A DNA stretch of 64,000 nucleotides from Lama glama (lineage: Eukaryota), in assembly GCA_028534125.1 (NCBI GenBank), contig CM052832.1, positions 17,176,001 through 17,240,000 of the forward strand, read 5' to 3'. Below, piece by piece: positions 62,721 through 64,000 of this stretch (the first letter of the stretch is position 1; each line of letters starts with the position of its first letter). Below the pieces are notes generated by a model, which made no database searches, was not told the origin of the DNA, and worked only from the letters and a program-made list of their open reading frames with translations. The position numbers and the translations under genes are program-made.

Positions 62721-63679
62721 AAGACACTTGTTTTTAAAGACTATCCATTCTTAGAGAAGGCTGGAATGTGTGCACATCATAGTACCAAATACGTAGGAAA
62801 AGCAAAGAGCATTTCATTTCTAGGAGCCTTTTCTAAAATCTGGAAATAACTAGCTTGTTGGCTATAGAAAGCAACTAGATTTCTCTTCGTAATCAATCTT
62901 TCTCAGTCTCTCATTTAAACCAAACTTAAAAGCAGGTAAATTTTAATGAATACTATATCTTACAGATGTTCAATACCTAAATGAAGTATGGAGCCTTCAT
63001 TCAAGCATGTGAAGTTTTCTAACATATGGTCAGAATTTGATGGATTGATTTGTCCACATGTTTCATCCAGACATTTTGATATCAGATAAAAACTTTTCTT
63101 TCTTCTATAATCTTTTCCTATATATAAACTTAAAAATCACTGTAAATATAAATAAAATATTGTGTGGTGAAAATGATGTATAAATAAGATACACCAGAAT
63201 GAAAATGTTAGTGGAAATACAAAGGAGAGGTCAAAAGGAATAGTCTGGCACTTTATTAAAATGACTTTAAATATTCGTAGATAAATAGATCATTACATGG
63301 TGAAATAGTGATGAAAAAACACTGGAAGTAGATCAAAAAAGTAGTGTAAAAAAGTCAAATCCGAGAACTAAAAGTAATGAAATATCATGAAAATGATAAG
63401 GAAAAGTTTAGAGATATTGGAAAGAATTATGCAGCTTAAATATACATCAAAAGTTATTCACAGTAATTAGGACACCTGTTGTGGTATCACCAGGGAAATA
63501 TAGAGAGAAATGAAGGGGGCTCTGGGGTGATCAAAACTCATAAACAAAACTGTACTTATTAAGGTGAATAATAGAAACAAAATCCCAAGTAATAAAAATT
63601 CAATAAAATTGCTGAAAGCATACTTGACTAAACACTATCATTAGAGTTAGAAAAAGTTAATTATGGAAGAATTCATGAA

Positions 63680-64000
63680 ACAACAGGGTTCTATTGTATA
63701 ACACAGAGAACTATATTCAATATCTTGTAATAACTTATAATTTAAAATAATATGAAAATGAATATATATGTACACTGTTGGTGAGTATGTATATTGGTTC
63801 AGCCACCATGAAAGGTAGTATGGACGTTCCTCGAAAAATTAAAGAGAGAACTACCAAATAACCCTACTATCACTATGGAGTATATGTTCAAAGAAAATAA
63901 AAATAGGATATCAAAGAGATATCTATCTACACTGCTATGTTTATTGCAGTATTATTTACAATAGCCAAGATATGGACACAGCCTAAGTGTCTGTCAGTGG
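63680..64000 (+). mobile_element. L1 fragments (3' UTR piece, then ORF2 C-terminus) running off the window
   Basis: CTATTGTATAACACAGAGAACTATATTCAATATCTTG, then TACACTGTTGGTGAG...ACAATAGCCAAGATATGG..CAGCCTAAGTGTC. Confidence 0.8.

Noticed and set aside
1..64000. A previously undescribed multi-gene system
   Set aside because: Every coding signal I could identify is an olfactory receptor or a transposable-element remnant. I saw no unexplained gene, array or RNA gene.

Overview
Mammalian genomic DNA, AT-rich and repeat-dense, from a class II olfactory receptor (OR family 2) cluster. It resembles the MHC-linked OR cluster, based on recalled human/mouse OR2H1, OR2G, OR2B4, OR2H4 and OR2B3 sequences; this was not database-checked. 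It holds four intact single-coding-exon OR genes (12612-13553, 25078-26022, 39739-40683, 52984-53937, all +), one multiply disrupted OR pseudogene (7683-8624, +), and two minus-strand OR genes cut by assembly gaps (3770-4260, 47852-47932). Three gaps of exactly 500 N (4261-4760, 26667-27166, 47933-48432) look like scaffolding placeholders, so order and orientation across them are uncertain. The rest is L1, L2, MIR, MER5 and ERV material, including solo LTRs with intact target-site duplications (TSDs), plus a tRNA-Ala-derived SINE that suggests a camelid. I found no convincing evidence of a new biological system. The best leads are an intact OR lacking the conserved ECL2 Cys189 but carrying an N-terminal Cys, three O/E(EBF)+homeodomain motif clusters that may be OR promoters or enhancers, an ERV-L remnant with pol and gag in opposite orientations, and a stack of three L1 5' ends.
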